From positions 23,176 to 87,175 of the forward strand of contig CAVRCJ010000020.1 of the NCBI GenBank assembly GCA_963719515.1: DNA of 64,000 nucleotides, in the 5' to 3' direction. Under the pieces are notes generated by a model that worked only from the letters and a program-made list of their open reading frames with translations, was not told where the DNA came from and made no database searches. The stretch comes from an uncultured cyanobacterium (lineage in GTDB: Bacteria > Cyanobacteriota > Cyanobacteriia > CAKZMO01). Below, one piece after another: positions 1 through 10,844 of this stretch. The stretch's first letter is position 1; each line of letters begins with the position of its first letter. The translations under genes were made by a program, and so were the position numbers.

Positions 1-123
1 CTGGAGGTGCGATCGCAATCGGGTTTGGATGGCTTGGAGAGTCGTCATGGGCTATGCGGTCGTAGTGTCGTGGGCCGTCATAGCAGTACGATAGGGCCAT
101 TCAAGAACAAACCGGAATTAGGC

Positions 124-708
124 ATGACCCCTCAAGCAGTAACCCTAGCACAATGGCTCGCTGGAGAATTCATCAACAAGGCCCAGGCTCTAGAGCAGCC
201 CTCCTGGTTTGTTCATCTGCGGCTGTGGCACCGGCCGCTTCCCCAGCGGCTTCAGGGCAATCTGGCTATTTTTGCGGAGCAGGCAAACGTGCTCAAGCTC
301 GAGCAGGCCTACCGGCAGCGAGTGCTGATGCTGCAGGACACAGAAGCAGGACTACAGGGCCAGTACTTTGCCTTCAAACAGCCTGACCAGTTCAAAGGCG
401 CAGGGCAGGCTCCAGAAAAGCTAGCCTCCCTAACAGAAGACGACTTAATTCACCTGCCGGGCTGCGTCGTTGACATTGCAGAGGAAGGCGGTCGCTTCCA
501 GGCCCAGATGCGTCCCGGCGATCGCTGTCGCTTTGAGGCCAACGGCAAAGTAGGGCAAGTGGTGCTGGGATTTGAATCCCAAGCGACCCAGTTTCTCAGC
601 TACGATCGCGGCGTTGATCCGACCACGGAAAAGCCGATTTGGGGGGCGCTCATGGGTCCCTACCGTTTCTCGAAACAGCAGAGTCATGCTGGCGATCTGC
701 CGCTCTGA
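124..708 (+). CDS. cpcT: CpcT/CpeT-family phycobiliprotein chromophore lyase
   Basis: From ATG 124: LAQWLAGEFINKAQA..P.WFVHLRLW, AEQA..YRQR, and C-terminal SYDRGVDP..WGALMGPYRF, typical of CpcT/CpeT. Confidence 0.85.
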   Translation: MTPQAVTLAQWLAGEFINKAQALEQPSWFVHLRLWHRPLPQRLQGNLAIFAEQANVLKLEQAYRQRVLMLQDTEAGLQGQYFAFKQPDQFKGAGQAPEKLASLTEDDLIHLPGCVVDIAEEGGRFQAQMRPGDRCRFEANGKVGQVVLGFESQATQFLSYDRGVDPTTEKPIWGALMGPYRFSKQQSHAGDLPL

Positions 709-880
709 TCTCCTTTAGGGTTACGGCTGCTTCTGCTCTACCACCAGCGTCAGGCTTTCCCAAGCGCCTTTATCGTCGTAGAGTCATGCTGGCGATCTGC
801 CGCTCTGATCTCCTTTAGGGTTACGGCTGCTTCTGCTCTACCACCAGCGTCAGGCTTTCCCAAGCGCCTTTATCGTCGTA
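681..880. repeat. Exact 100-bp tandem duplication (681-780 = 781-880)
   Basis: Direct comparison of the two blocks; the unit spans the 3' ends of two convergent genes. Confidence 0.95.
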
Positions 881-1639
881 GCGACGAATCATCCGCTGCC
901 GCTGCGTCGGTGAGACAAGCCAGCCCGCCTCGAGAAAAAAGGCCTGCCCTTTAGGCAAAGAGAGGGGCGTAGTGCTAGAGGCTCCCCCCGGCAGCAGCAG
1001 CACCTGCACTGCTCGCTCGCCCTCACCAAAGCGCAGGGTGGAGTCGGCGATCGTCGCCTGTGAAGTTAGGGTTCGAGACGGCAGCGTCAGAGATTGGGTG
1101 AGTTTGTCGCCCTGGCGCGTCAGGCTGAGGGTGGTGGCGTAGCGATCGGGCGATCGCAGATCGGCGTAGCGGGTTGTAGCCTCGCCTGACCAGGTTCCCA
1201 CCAAATCGTCAACGGTGAGATCGGGCTGTGGCGAGAGATCGAGGCCCTCTCGCCGCTCTCGAATGAGGGTAATTTGTGACAGCTGCGCCGCTTTGTCAAA
1301 CAGCTGCACCACTCGCAGTCGGCGATCGCCCTCTATGAGCCCTAGCTCTGCGCCGAAGGTGGAAAATGGCCCAAGCTGAAGCGACCCTTGGGAAAAGGCT
1401 CCCGTCTCGAAAAACCGAACGCTGCGGGCTAGAGAACTGTATTCCAGCACCCGCTCGTTCATCTCATCGCCTTGACCCGTGCGAATCGTCTGGCGCATAG
1501 ATTGATTCTGGTCCAAGCCCTCAAGCTTTACAACACTTGGTATATCCACCTCGAGCTGCCCTGAGGGAGAGAACCGCGCGAAAGTCCCCTCCCAAGCGCC
1601 AAGGTTTCGTAGCAGACAATCCCACTGAGACACAGTCAT
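821..1639 (-). CDS. DUF3598-family protein
   Basis: SQWDCLLRNLGAWEGTF..., FFETGAFSQGS and LEAGWL...RQRMIRRY motifs of the cyanobacterial/plastid DUF3598 family; start taken at ATG 1639. Confidence 0.75.
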   Translation of the reverse strand: MTVSQWDCLLRNLGAWEGTFARFSPSGQLEVDIPSVVKLEGLDQNQSMRQTIRTGQGDEMNERVLEYSSLARSVRFFETGAFSQGSLQLGPFSTFGAELGLIEGDRRLRVVQLFDKAAQLSQITLIRERREGLDLSPQPDLTVDDLVGTWSGEATTRYADLRSPDRYATTLSLTRQGDKLTQSLTLPSRTLTSQATIADSTLRFGEGERAVQVLLLPGGASSTTPLSLPKGQAFFLEAGWLVSPTQRQRMIRRYDDKGAWESLTLVVEQKQP

Positions 1640-2045
1640 CTCGACAGTCACCCTGAATGCGTTTGGCCCATGTAGACCCAGCATAGCGCTAGCCGGGCTG
1701 AAGTCTATCGATTGTATCTAGTTTTTCTATATCAGATAAGAAAATTAATGTTTATCAAGGCTCTCTATCTAAAGGTCTGATGCCTCATCAGCCTGAAAAG
1801 CCATGAACCATTTGCGACTCAGTAAGCTCTGAGGCGGGGGCGAAAGCTTTAACAAACCTTGATCTAAATGTAGTTTTCGTAACCTCGTGTACCTCAGTAT
1901 CTTTTCGGGATTTATAGCTAGGGAGAGCCAAATCGGCGCTAGCCCGCGAGCCAACACCCCTCTGAGGAATGATGATGGACCCTCCCATAAAAATGTATAC
2001 CTCAATACTATTACTCAGAGGATCAAACCCTTTCTGCAGTTGACT

Positions 2046-3041
2046 ATGCAAATTTTTCAAACGACGTGGCTAAATTCCTACATTGGAATCTGGCTGCTTT
2101 TTCAAGGTGCCATCAACCTACCCGCTATATCTCAGGACCAAAATCTGTCAGAAGCGGATGGAACTAGCGCGCCGACATCGACATCGCTGTCGCATGAACT
2201 GATGCCAGGCAGCGATTTCAGTCAGCCTACAGATGACTTACCCCGCGGTGATGCGCTGCTTTCCCCCTGGAAGCTACCTCAGGCCGTAGCGCCGAGTGCC
2301 TCAGTACGCGTTGCCCAATCATCCCAGCAGTCAACGCCAGAGCCACTGTCCTACAAGATGGGCTCAGGAAACCCTAGCTGTCTGGGCTGGCGGGCTACTT
2401 CTACGGCCTCAGCTATGCCGTTTCAGATTTTGGTCGATGGGCAAGCTGTCGCCGAGTTTACTGACCGTGAGCGGGCTTACCAGACTGGCAGGCAAATTAA
2501 AGCTGCCGTTGACAGCAATATCAGCCCCGAAACGCTACACATTGAGCGGGACGGTGAGACGGTGGTGGGCCGTTGGCAGCAGCAGCATTTGTTCACCGTA
2601 GACCCTGACCTAGCGCAGCAGCTCGGACAGTCCCCTGAAGCGATCGCCGGAACCTGGATCAACGCGCTGAGATCCGCCCTCGGGCAGTCAGCGTTGAGTG
2701 CGACTGAGATTCGAGCTGCCCTCGAAGGTCTTTCGTCTACGGGAAAAAACTTTGGAGGGGTTGCCTCGTGGTACGGCCCCTACTTCCACGGTCGGAAGAC
2801 GGCCTCTGGAGAGCGATTCAACCAGAACGATCTGACGGCGGCCCACCCGACGCTACCGTTTGACACGTACCTCAAGGTAACCAACAAGGTCAATGGCCGC
2901 TCGGTGGTTGTTCGGATTAATGACCGAGGCCCCTATGTTGGCAGCCGGTCCTTAGATCTATCGCGTCAAGCTGCCTACTGCCTAAATAGCGAGACAAAGG
3001 GCATTGTTCCGTACTCTGCAACCGTACTTCAGCCGTCTTGA
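2046..3041 (+). CDS. rlpA: RlpA-family septal ring lytic transglycosylase (C-terminal DPBB domain)
   Basis: [19 protein letters not shown]...TAAHPTLPF...[10 protein letters not shown]...LDLS; start uncertain (ORF open from 1887). Confidence 0.85.
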   Translation: MQIFQTTWLNSYIGIWLLFQGAINLPAISQDQNLSEADGTSAPTSTSLSHELMPGSDFSQPTDDLPRGDALLSPWKLPQAVAPSASVRVAQSSQQSTPEPLSYKMGSGNPSCLGWRATSTASAMPFQILVDGQAVAEFTDRERAYQTGRQIKAAVDSNISPETLHIERDGETVVGRWQQQHLFTVDPDLAQQLGQSPEAIAGTWINALRSALGQSALSATEIRAALEGLSSTGKNFGGVASWYGPYFHGRKTASGERFNQNDLTAAHPTLPFDTYLKVTNKVNGRSVVVRINDRGPYVGSRSLDLSRQAAYCLNSETKGIVPYSATVLQPS

Positions 3042-3670
3042 GCGCGAACCGCGTTTTCGGAGAGAATAATGTGGCGCTGGCGGTCGAGGGACAGCCAGCC
3101 CTCTTCCCTCATCTGACTGAGCAAGCGGGTGACCGTGACCCGAGTCGTCCCCACCGTATTGGCAAGCTGCTGATGGGTGAGACGCACGCTTAGGCGAATG
3201 CCGCGTTCTTCAGGCTGGCCGACCTCCTGACTGAGCAGCAGCAGCAGGTGTCTAAGGCGCTCCTCGACCCGACGATAGCCCACCGTGGCCAGGAGCGCTT
3301 CGGTTTGCCGCAGCCGCCGGTTGAGGTGGTGGAAGATGCTGTGGGCCAGCGCCGGCGATTGCTCTACTTCCGCGAAGCTGAGCTTCATCAGGTCGGCGCT
3401 GGTGAGGGCGACAGCCTGATAGGGACGAATGAGCGTGAAGGGCAGTCCAAACGGCATCGAGGGGCAAAGCAGACCCAAGAGCGCCTCATCTCCCGTTGCA
3501 TAGAGGGTCCCCACTTGAACAATTCCTCGGCAAACAACCCAGACGTCCTGGGGTTCCATGTCGATCGGTTCTCCTCCAGCGAAGGGGTAGAGCGTGCGGC
3601 CCGAATACTGCTCTTCTAGGAGATGGCGTAAATCCTGCGATGTGGGGTCGGCAGCGAAGGAGCGGACCAT
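3029..3670 (-). CDS. Crp/Fnr-family transcriptional regulator (PtrA-like candidate)
   Basis: C-terminal Crp [24 protein letters not shown]; cNMP-like N-terminal domain. Confidence 0.85.
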   Translation of the reverse strand: MVRSFAADPTSQDLRHLLEEQYSGRTLYPFAGGEPIDMEPQDVWVVCRGIVQVGTLYATGDEALLGLLCPSMPFGLPFTLIRPYQAVALTSADLMKLSFAEVEQSPALAHSIFHHLNRRLRQTEALLATVGYRRVEERLRHLLLLLSQEVGQPEERGIRLSVRLTHQQLANTVGTTRVTVTRLLSQMREEGWLSLDRQRHIILSENAVRAQDG

Positions 3671-3722
3671 GCGTTTACCTCTAGTTACCCATGGAGAATC
3701 CTAGCCCAGCGAGCTGAAGACA

Positions 3723-3752
3723 AGGTAAACAACTGGTTTAGAAAAGGTTAAG
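3723..3752 (-). promoter_or_regulatory. Pho box (SphR/PhoB site) upstream of the Crp-family gene
   Basis: Minus strand reads CTTAACCT-ttt-CTAAACCA-gtt-GTTTACCT: three 8-mers at 11-bp period matching the cyanobacterial Pho box; TAGGAT -10-like hexamer about 20 nt downstream. Confidence 0.65.
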
Positions 3753-3793
3753 CCCCAACCTAACGGCTCTAAGCAAAGCGCTCAGCAGACTAC

Positions 3794-5326
3794 CTACGGA
3801 GGAGTTTCCTGAAGACAGCGAATAGCCTCCAGCATGGCCCTCGCTTTGTTTAGCGTTTCTTCATACTCTAGCGGCGGCTGCGAGTCGGCGACTAGCCCTG
3901 CCCCCGCCTGGACGCTAACCTGCTGAGACCCATCAGGCTGGCGCTGCACAATCATGGTGCGAATGGTAATGGCGGTGTTGAGCTGGCCCTCAAAGTCGTA
4001 ATACCCATAGACTCCGGAATACGGTCCCCGCCGGGAAAACTCCAGATCGTGAATCAGCTCCATGGCGCGAATCTTCGGCGCTCCGCTGACGGTTCCTGCC
4101 GGGAAGGCAGCCTTGAGCAAGTCCCAGGCTGTTTTGTCCGGCTGCAGCTGCCCGGTCACGTTGCTAACGATGTGCATTACGTGGGAGTAATACTCGATCA
4201 TCATCAGCTCATCCACTACGACGGTCCCGGCCTGGCATACGCGACCCAGGTCATTGCGGCCTAGGTCCACCAGCATGACGTGCTCAGCCACCTCTTTGGG
4301 GTCGTTCAGCAAATCCTCGGCCAAGGCGTCGTCTTCAAGCCGCGTTTTGCCCCGCTTTCGGGTACCCGCAATAGGTCGCAGCGTTGCCACCGTCTTCCCA
4401 TCGACAGGCGATCGCTCTGCTTTCACCATCACCTCCGGACTCGACCCAATGAGCTGCCAGTCCTGGAAGTGGAAATAGGCCATGTAGGGAGACGGGTTGA
4501 TCAACCGCAGCGATCGATAGAGGGCGAAGGGGTCACCTTGATACGGAGTAGACAGGCGTTGGGACAGGACAACCTGAAAGATGTCCCCCGCCTGAATGTG
4601 GTCCTTGGCCTGCTCCACGCTGCGGCAAAAGTCTGCTTGAGAGACGTTGCTTTGGTAGTTTAAGTCTCGCCCTGCAGTAGCGGAGGACCACTGCAGCACC
4701 GTATCACTGTGTGATAAGGGCATCTGCAGCTTTTGCACTAGCGTGCTGACCCGCTGGCAAGCGTGATCATAAGCCTGCCGCAGCGAAACTGCCGGATCCC
4801 TGAGGTCGGCGTAGGCGATCGCCCATATTTTGCGCTTCACCTGGTCAAAGATCAGCAGCTGGTCCACCTGCATCCAGATCCCGTCCGGTAAGTCAGTCTC
4901 GCTGGCGGAATGAACCGGCACGCGAGGCTCAATCCAGCGAATTAGCTCGTATCCCCAAACGCCAAATAGTCCGCCAATCCCTGGCGGAAGCTGGGGAAGG
5001 GTAATGGGGGTAAACGGCGTCAAGCAGTCCGCCAAAACGTCGAAGGGATTACCGGTGAAGACGTGGGAAGCGCCACTGCGATGGGTTTGGGTAACGCGAT
5101 CGCCCCTTGCCTCTAGAACCCACAGCGGATCGCACCCCAGAAAGCTGTAGCGCGCCAGCTGCTCGCCCCCTTCGACCGACTCTAGAAGAAAGCTATAGGG
5201 CTGTCCTGCGCACACCTTGTACCAGGACGAAACCGGCGTATCGAGATCGGCAACCCATTCTTGATACACCGGAATGAAGTTGCCCTGATGCGAAAGCTCG
5301 CAAAACTGTTCAAACTCTGGAAACAT
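3794..5326 (-). CDS. trpE: Anthranilate synthase component I
   Basis: LLESVEGGE, GDIFQVVLSQR, NPSPY, RPIAGTR, AEHVMLVDLGRND, FPAGTVSGAPKIRAM. Confidence 0.95.
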   Translation of the reverse strand: MFPEFEQFCELSHQGNFIPVYQEWVADLDTPVSSWYKVCAGQPYSFLLESVEGGEQLARYSFLGCDPLWVLEARGDRVTQTHRSGASHVFTGNPFDVLADCLTPFTPITLPQLPPGIGGLFGVWGYELIRWIEPRVPVHSASETDLPDGIWMQVDQLLIFDQVKRKIWAIAYADLRDPAVSLRQAYDHACQRVSTLVQKLQMPLSHSDTVLQWSSATAGRDLNYQSNVSQADFCRSVEQAKDHIQAGDIFQVVLSQRLSTPYQGDPFALYRSLRLINPSPYMAYFHFQDWQLIGSSPEVMVKAERSPVDGKTVATLRPIAGTRKRGKTRLEDDALAEDLLNDPKEVAEHVMLVDLGRNDLGRVCQAGTVVVDELMMIEYYSHVMHIVSNVTGQLQPDKTAWDLLKAAFPAGTVSGAPKIRAMELIHDLEFSRRGPYSGVYGYYDFEGQLNTAITIRTMIVQRQPDGSQQVSVQAGAGLVADSQPPLEYEETLNKARAMLEAIRCLQETPP

Positions 5327-5455
5327 GGCGATTTTGCTCGACGGCAACAGCCTACTGACAAACAAGGGGCACGAATATCGTGCCCCTTGAGAGATTATTA
5401 AAAGATTATAGACGCGAGCATGGAACCCGCCAACAAAGGTTAGCGGATGCTGGGT

Positions 5456-5884
5456 CTACGCTTCGTAGGGAGCTTCGCCTGTGAACTTGAGGGTAGCAGG
5501 CTCAGGATTGTCGCCAATGGCGCGCTCCTTCTTGCCCACGTAGGGGCGTCCCTCGTTCACTTTCTCAGGAAATACGCCGTCTGCAGGGTGAAGATACTGA
5601 ATTTCCCCGCTTGGGAAGACTCGGTAGACCTTATAGTCGTCCATTCTGGGCTTGAATTTAGTGCGTAGCTGAGCCCCTAACGCTAAGCACTGCTCTTTGC
5701 GAGCTAGATACAATAGGTTCTCGCCCTCATTCATAATGGCCGCACCGCCGGTCGGCATCTCAAAGACCTGCTCCTTGGAGCTAGTCCAGGTAATCGCGTA
5801 TTTCTCTTCTACTTCAGCTTTTGTGAGAAGTCCGCCGGTGCTGCCGCCGAACTTAGGCGTTTGTCCAGTAAGAGTTTCTGCCAT
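5456..5884 (-). CDS. psaD: Photosystem I subunit II (PsaD)
   Basis: [20 protein letters not shown]...EMPTGGAA...ARKEQCLAL...[12 protein letters not shown]. Confidence 0.98.
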   Translation of the reverse strand: MAETLTGQTPKFGGSTGGLLTKAEVEEKYAITWTSSKEQVFEMPTGGAAIMNEGENLLYLARKEQCLALGAQLRTKFKPRMDDYKVYRVFPSGEIQYLHPADGVFPEKVNEGRPYVGKKERAIGDNPEPATLKFTGEAPYEA

Positions 5885-6162
5885 AAGTATTTCTTGTGAA
5901 CGGGTTGAACAGTTTGATTGGAATCGTATCACCGGCCCTACCCCAACTGATCTGATTGTGAGGAACTGTTACAGTTACCCTGCGATATGTTACGGCCCCC
6001 AACGCGGCACGGCCTCTGCGGAATTCAGCTCACCGTTGAGACCGCCAAAAGGCAGGACAAGTCATAATGGTATCGGTAACGCAATTCCGTTCACGTACGT
6101 CCATGCTGTTGATTAGCAGCGTCCGTGGCACAGCCGTAGCAAATTAGGAGATTCTGTAGACC

Positions 6163-6516
6163 ATGAATACAGTGCAAACGCAGCAGCGGGGAATTATGCT
6201 CACTGACGCCGCCTTGAAACAGGTGCGTACCCTGAAAGAGCAGCAGGGGGGCAGCGATCTCTGTCTGCGGGTTGGCGTGCGGCAGGGGGGCTGTTCTGGC
6301 ATGTCTTACACCATGGATTTCGAAGAACCGACCAACATTCGCGAAAACGACGAGGTCTTTGACTACGACGGCTTTCAGGTGGTGTGCGACCCGAAGAGCA
6401 TGCTCTACCTTTACGGCCTTGTTTTAGACTTCAGCAACGCCATGATCGGCGGCGGCTTCCAGTTTACAAACCCCAATGCAAACCAAACTTGCGGCTGCGG
6501 CACCTCTTTCTCGTAG
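6163..6516 (+). CDS. iscA: IscA/HesB iron-sulfur cluster assembly protein
   Basis: GGCSGMSY and [14 protein letters not shown] motifs. Confidence 0.92.
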   Translation: MNTVQTQQRGIMLTDAALKQVRTLKEQQGGSDLCLRVGVRQGGCSGMSYTMDFEEPTNIRENDEVFDYDGFQVVCDPKSMLYLYGLVLDFSNAMIGGGFQFTNPNANQTCGCGTSFS

Positions 6517-6637
6517 AGCAAGCCGCAGGTCTCTACACCCTTACTGGGACAACCTTTGACTGGTTACTGGCATAATCTTTGCTAGCACAGTGTGCTGCAC
6601 CCCTAAACCACAAACTTTCCACAATTCTTCCGGCTAA

Positions 6638-7060
6638 ATGACTCAAACGACTGAAAATGCTTTCGATGCAGCCCTAAAGCGCTATGGGGACGGCGAATCT
6701 GCAGAGGCATTAATTCCCACCTTTAAGACGATCTGCGAGCAGGCTCCCAAAAACAGTCCCGCTTGGACCTGCTTATCCTGGCTCTACCTGCTCACGGAGA
6801 AGCCCAACTCAGCCTACAAAGCAGCCCAAAAAGCCGTCAAGCTCCATGCTGAAGACCCTCAAGCACGGGTAAATATGGCGATCGCCATGCTGGAGACCGA
6901 TCGCAAAGGGGTCCGTCAGCACATTGACATTGCGCAACAGGTTGCCTCCGCAGTGCCAGAGCTGCGGCAAGAGCTGCAAAAAAACTTTGAAGACGGCTTA
7001 GCCCGTCGCCCCGATTGGCCAGAACTAACCCGAGTCTATCGCTGGATTTTCGAAGGATAG
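6638..7060 (+). CDS. TPR-like conserved cyanobacterial protein
   Basis: Helical TPR pattern AWTCLSWLYLL..AYKAAQKAVKLHAEDPQARVNMA. Confidence 0.7.
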   Translation: MTQTTENAFDAALKRYGDGESAEALIPTFKTICEQAPKNSPAWTCLSWLYLLTEKPNSAYKAAQKAVKLHAEDPQARVNMAIAMLETDRKGVRQHIDIAQQVASAVPELRQELQKNFEDGLARRPDWPELTRVYRWIFEG

Positions 7061-7289
7061 GCCGCAGCTAGCGCTCGACAAAGCAGCGTGAACTAGATTG
7101 CAGTGGGGCTGATTTGAATTTGGCCCTCACTGCGGTCTCCCTAATTTAAAGAGACGTTACGCTCCTCAAGATAAGTTAACGAAAAGTTCGGGCTTTGAAT
7201 GATAAGCTTTCATCAAGATAGGCAATTGAGAAGGCCGACGCGCCTGCTTTTTAATCTCAGCTTTTTAACTCATCTAAAGGAGATCGGTC

Positions 7290-7484
7290 ATGACAAAAGA
7301 TAATAATACCGTTGGCGTTAAGCCTGAAACTCGCAACCACAAGGGCTTCTTCGTTCAAGATACATCCTACACGCTGATGGGCATCGATCGCTCAGGCTGG
7401 GCTCTAATCTGCGTGGATGAGGCAACTTGCCACTACGTCGATCCTGACAATCTGGCTGATTTGGATTTGGACACTAGCGCCTAG
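7290..7484 (+). CDS. Small hypothetical protein (64 aa)
   Basis: Strong SD (AAGGAG) before the ATG; sits alone in an intergenic gap. Confidence 0.55.
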   Translation: MTKDNNTVGVKPETRNHKGFFVQDTSYTLMGIDRSGWALICVDEATCHYVDPDNLADLDLDTSA

Positions 7485-7744
7485 CTCATCGGTCAATGGT
7501 AGCCGCCGCTTATTCGGTGTGGTTACCATCTGACAAATCTTGGCTTCTCGAGCAGGCGCTTCTTTAGATAGCAAAACCAATTTATTCCTTTGGATGACCT
7601 CAGCATTGGTCAAACAATGCGTTTTTACAAAATGGCCTGGTCGCTCACGCCACCCTGAAAGCCAAGCTCAGCAAAAAAGCACGGATTCCGTGCTTTTTTG
7701 CTTTAATATACCGAGGAACTCCATCACGGCGGTGCGTACTGCTC

Positions 7745-7981
7745 ATGAAAGACACTGTGCTAAGTTGGCTCAACCGAGTATTGGTTGCCAACCTGTTTTT
7801 TGTTCTGTTCAGCTTCTTCTGGCTTTTGGCAGCCGTCGTCGGTCGGGGTTTACACCTCCCATTGGGCTTGAATTTATGGTACAAACTCTGGGAACCTGTA
7901 TTTACACCAGCCATTGGGATTTTAATGGGCGGAGCACTTCTCAGCGGCGTTTGGGGATGGGTATCTAAAAAGCTAGGTTGA
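7745..7981 (+). CDS. Small two-helix membrane protein
   Basis: Two hydrophobic segments; LWYKLWEPVFTPAIGILM pattern seen in cyanobacterial hypotheticals. Confidence 0.65.
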   Translation: MKDTVLSWLNRVLVANLFFVLFSFFWLLAAVVGRGLHLPLGLNLWYKLWEPVFTPAIGILMGGALLSGVWGWVSKKLG

Positions 7982-7998
7982 AAGGCCGTGCATTTCAG

Positions 7999-8913
7999 TC
8001 AGACAACGTCTTTCAGCGCCCCAGTCACGTTGGGGTAAGTATATTTAAAGTTAGTTCTCTGAATCCGCTTGGGGACCACCTGCTGACCTTCGAGCACAAC
8101 TTGAGCGGCGTCTCCCAACAGCAGCTCTAGCGCAAACTCCGGCACCGGTAGCCACGACGGTCGGCCCATCACCTGGCCCAATACGCTGCAAAACTCCTGC
8201 ATCCGTACCGGTGACGGAGCCGTCGCATTGTAAACGCCAGTTAGGCTTGGGTCATCTAAGGCGCGGATAATCAAACCAACTAGATCGTCGCGGTGGATCC
8301 AGGAAAACCACTGGCGACCGCTGCCAATAGGACCGCCAACAAACATTTTGAAGGGGGGCACCATGCGCTCAAGCGCGCCGCCTTTACCGAGCACGATACC
8401 GGTGCGTAACACAACAAGGCGACAGCCCAGATCTGTGACCGGTTGAGCCGCCGCCTCCCAGCGTCGACAGACATCGGCCAGAAAGTCGTCACCCGGAGCG
8501 CTGTCTTCATCAAACTTAGCAACCTCACTGGTGCCATAGTAGCCGACGGCCGAAGCGTTGATTAGCACTGCTGGCTTGTCCGATGCCTGGGCGATCGCCT
8601 CCACAACTTTCTGGGTGCCCTGCTCCCGGCTGTCCAAGACTTCCCGCTTGTAATCGGGGGTCCACCGCTCGGCAATTGGGGCTCCGGCAAGGTTGACCAC
8701 CGCGTCACACCCAGAGACAGCTGACTGCCAATCGCCTGACTCCTTTGGAGCGTAGGCCACGCAAGTCAAGTCTGGAAAAGCGACGCTGGGAAAAAGCCTC
8801 TGCGCCTGCTCGGGTCGCCGCGTCAAAATTATGAGCTGGTCGCCGCGCTCCTGTAGCTTCTGGACAAGACAGCTGCCGACAAAGCCGGTAGCACCCGTAA
8901 TGACAACCTTCAT
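7999..8913 (-). CDS. TIGR01777-family NAD-dependent epimerase/oxidoreductase
   Basis: ITGATGFVG, VVNLAGAPI, SAVGYYG, GSGRQWFSWIH. Confidence 0.92.
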   Translation of the reverse strand: MKVVITGATGFVGSCLVQKLQERGDQLIILTRRPEQAQRLFPSVAFPDLTCVAYAPKESGDWQSAVSGCDAVVNLAGAPIAERWTPDYKREVLDSREQGTQKVVEAIAQASDKPAVLINASAVGYYGTSEVAKFDEDSAPGDDFLADVCRRWEAAAQPVTDLGCRLVVLRTGIVLGKGGALERMVPPFKMFVGGPIGSGRQWFSWIHRDDLVGLIIRALDDPSLTGVYNATAPSPVRMQEFCSVLGQVMGRPSWLPVPEFALELLLGDAAQVVLEGQQVVPKRIQRTNFKYTYPNVTGALKDVV

Positions 8914-8937
8914 CGCGTTATCCCCGTAAACTTTTTA

Positions 8938-9318
8938 TTAGGTAGCGTCTTGACTGGCTTCACCATAAGCCATGCCGTTTGCATCGGCATATCGATGCAT
9001 AAAGCGCATAAATCGGTCCCAGTGCTCCGACCTGTCAATCGTAAATTGACAGTCGACCCGGGCCAAATCATCCCCCTCAGGTCCGCCAAACACAAACTGT
9101 ACAGAGTCGGGCTGGACGCTAATATCCCCCTCCTCGTCCCGCAGCATGAGGCTGCTGTTGAAGCGCTTGGTGTAGCTCTGAAAGCGCTCGATTGACCGCA
9201 GACGGCGGAAGACCATCAATACGACGCGATCGCCCGTCGCGCTGTTCTGACGCAGGCGAACATCGTCAAGGCTCTCTGAGACGCCTTCAAAAAATTCGAT
9301 TGAGGGGGAGACAATCAT
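8938..9318 (-). CDS. psb28: Photosystem II assembly factor Psb28 (Psb28-2 type)
   Basis: SIEFFEGVSE..DVRL, DEEGDI, WDRFMRFMHRYADANGM. Confidence 0.9.
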   Translation of the reverse strand: MIVSPSIEFFEGVSESLDDVRLRQNSATGDRVVLMVFRRLRSIERFQSYTKRFNSSLMLRDEEGDISVQPDSVQFVFGGPEGDDLARVDCQFTIDRSEHWDRFMRFMHRYADANGMAYGEASQDAT

Positions 9319-9487
9319 AGTGGAACTGAGGCCGACGGCGAGTCTCAAAGTAGGCTAACGCTAGATTCTAGCTAGACTTTAATCAGTATACCGGTGGACG
9401 GGATGGATACGAATGCGGCCAGCGCAGGGGCGACCCGGGTAAAGAGTTTGGGGAAGCCGGTAGAGACGGTCACGGGGGAGAGCATCA

Positions 9488-10468
9488 ATGGCACAAACTA
9501 ATTTATCCGAGCATCTATCCGAAAAGGGCGACTCCGCTGAAGCTGCAGGCGAGCGCATAGCGCTGCAGGTCGAACTTTCAAGCTCCGATCGCCTCGACCG
9601 CTGGCTCTCTCAGCAGATCGACCTGTCGCGATCGCGAATTCAGCAGCTGATTGAGGCCGGTCAAATTACCCTCAATGGACAGCAGGTCTCGAAACGACAG
9701 CCGGTCAAGGTCGGCGATCGCATCACGGTCACGATTCCCCCCCCGCAGCCGCTAGCGCTAGCCGCCGAAGCGATTCCCCTAGACATTCTCTTTGAGGACG
9801 ACTCGCTAATCGTCATCAATAAATCCGTGGGCATGGTAGTGCATCCCGCCCCTGGTCACCCGTCGGGAACGCTGGTCAATGCGCTTCTGGCCCATTGCCC
9901 AGACCTCAAGGGCATTGGCGGCGTGGAGCGCCCTGGCATCGTCCACCGGCTCGATAAAGACACCACAGGGGCGATCGTTGTGGCCAAGACTGAGCAAGCT
10001 ATGCGGGAGCTTCAGGCTCAGATTCAGGCCAAGACGGCGCGCCGCGACTATCTTGCCATCGTTCACGGCGCGCCTACTGCCCAAAAGGGCTCCATTTGTC
10101 AGCCCATCGGTCGCCACCCCGTCGATCGGCAGCGCATGGCGGTGGTGCCGTTGGAAAAGGGGCGCTACGCTTTGACCCACTGGCAGATCAAAGAGCGACT
10201 CGGGCAGTATACGCTCGTGCACTTCGAACTAGACACAGGGCGGACGCACCAAATTCGCGTACATAGCGCCCACATGGGGCACCCGCTTGTGGGAGACCCG
10301 GTCTATAGCTCCGGGCGCTCTCCAGGCGTCAATCTACCCGGCCAAGCCCTGCATGCCTTGCGGCTCCGCCTGTCTCATCCCGTAACCCATGCGCTCGTCG
10401 ACGTCACAGCGCCCTTACCCAAACCCTTTACGACATTGCTCAGCGTCCTGCGAAATCGCTCCAGCTAG
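9488..10468 (+). CDS. rluD: RluA/RluD-family pseudouridine synthase with S4 domain
   Basis: RLDRWL S4 domain, HPAPGH, HRLDKDTTG catalytic motif, TGRTHQIRVH. Confidence 0.92.
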   Translation: MAQTNLSEHLSEKGDSAEAAGERIALQVELSSSDRLDRWLSQQIDLSRSRIQQLIEAGQITLNGQQVSKRQPVKVGDRITVTIPPPQPLALAAEAIPLDILFEDDSLIVINKSVGMVVHPAPGHPSGTLVNALLAHCPDLKGIGGVERPGIVHRLDKDTTGAIVVAKTEQAMRELQAQIQAKTARRDYLAIVHGAPTAQKGSICQPIGRHPVDRQRMAVVPLEKGRYALTHWQIKERLGQYTLVHFELDTGRTHQIRVHSAHMGHPLVGDPVYSSGRSPGVNLPGQALHALRLRLSHPVTHALVDVTAPLPKPFTTLLSVLRNRSS

Positions 10469-10658
10469 CGCCGAGTCGATTGTCCGGCTATACAGCGGGT
10501 CCAGGCAGAACGTAGAGGCAGCGTGTAGTATAGAGCTATAAGCCTATACCTTGCCTTATCTACGGCATTACTGCTGCGGCACTGCAGCTACGGCACATAA
10601 TATTCTAGCTGCCCAAGACCGCCCCGCCCAAAATATTGAAGCCTGCAGCCAATACACC

Positions 10659-10844
10659 ATGGACTCTAAGCTCTATCTCTCTAACCTAATGCTGAGCGTT
10701 GCAACAGTACCCTTAATTGCTATCCTTTTGGGTCTGAAAGCTTGGGAAGAAGCAACCCAGAGCATGGGGCAGGCGGGGGAAGAGGCCTTTCGGGGCAGCC
10801 GGCTGCCGTTGCTCAATCTCTCAGACTCGACGCTGCAGCGGTAA
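10659..10844 (+). CDS. Small conserved cyanobacterial hypothetical membrane protein
   Basis: Hydrophobic helix followed by a GEEAFRGSRLPLL motif. Confidence 0.55.
   Translation: MDSKLYLSNLMLSVATVPLIAILLGLKAWEEATQSMGQAGEEAFRGSRLPLLNLSDSTLQR

Noticed and set aside
1700..2045. Riboswitch or ncRNA upstream of rlpA
   Set aside because: Only short stems (CCTCAG/CTGAGG, GCTAG/CTAGC); no family match I can support
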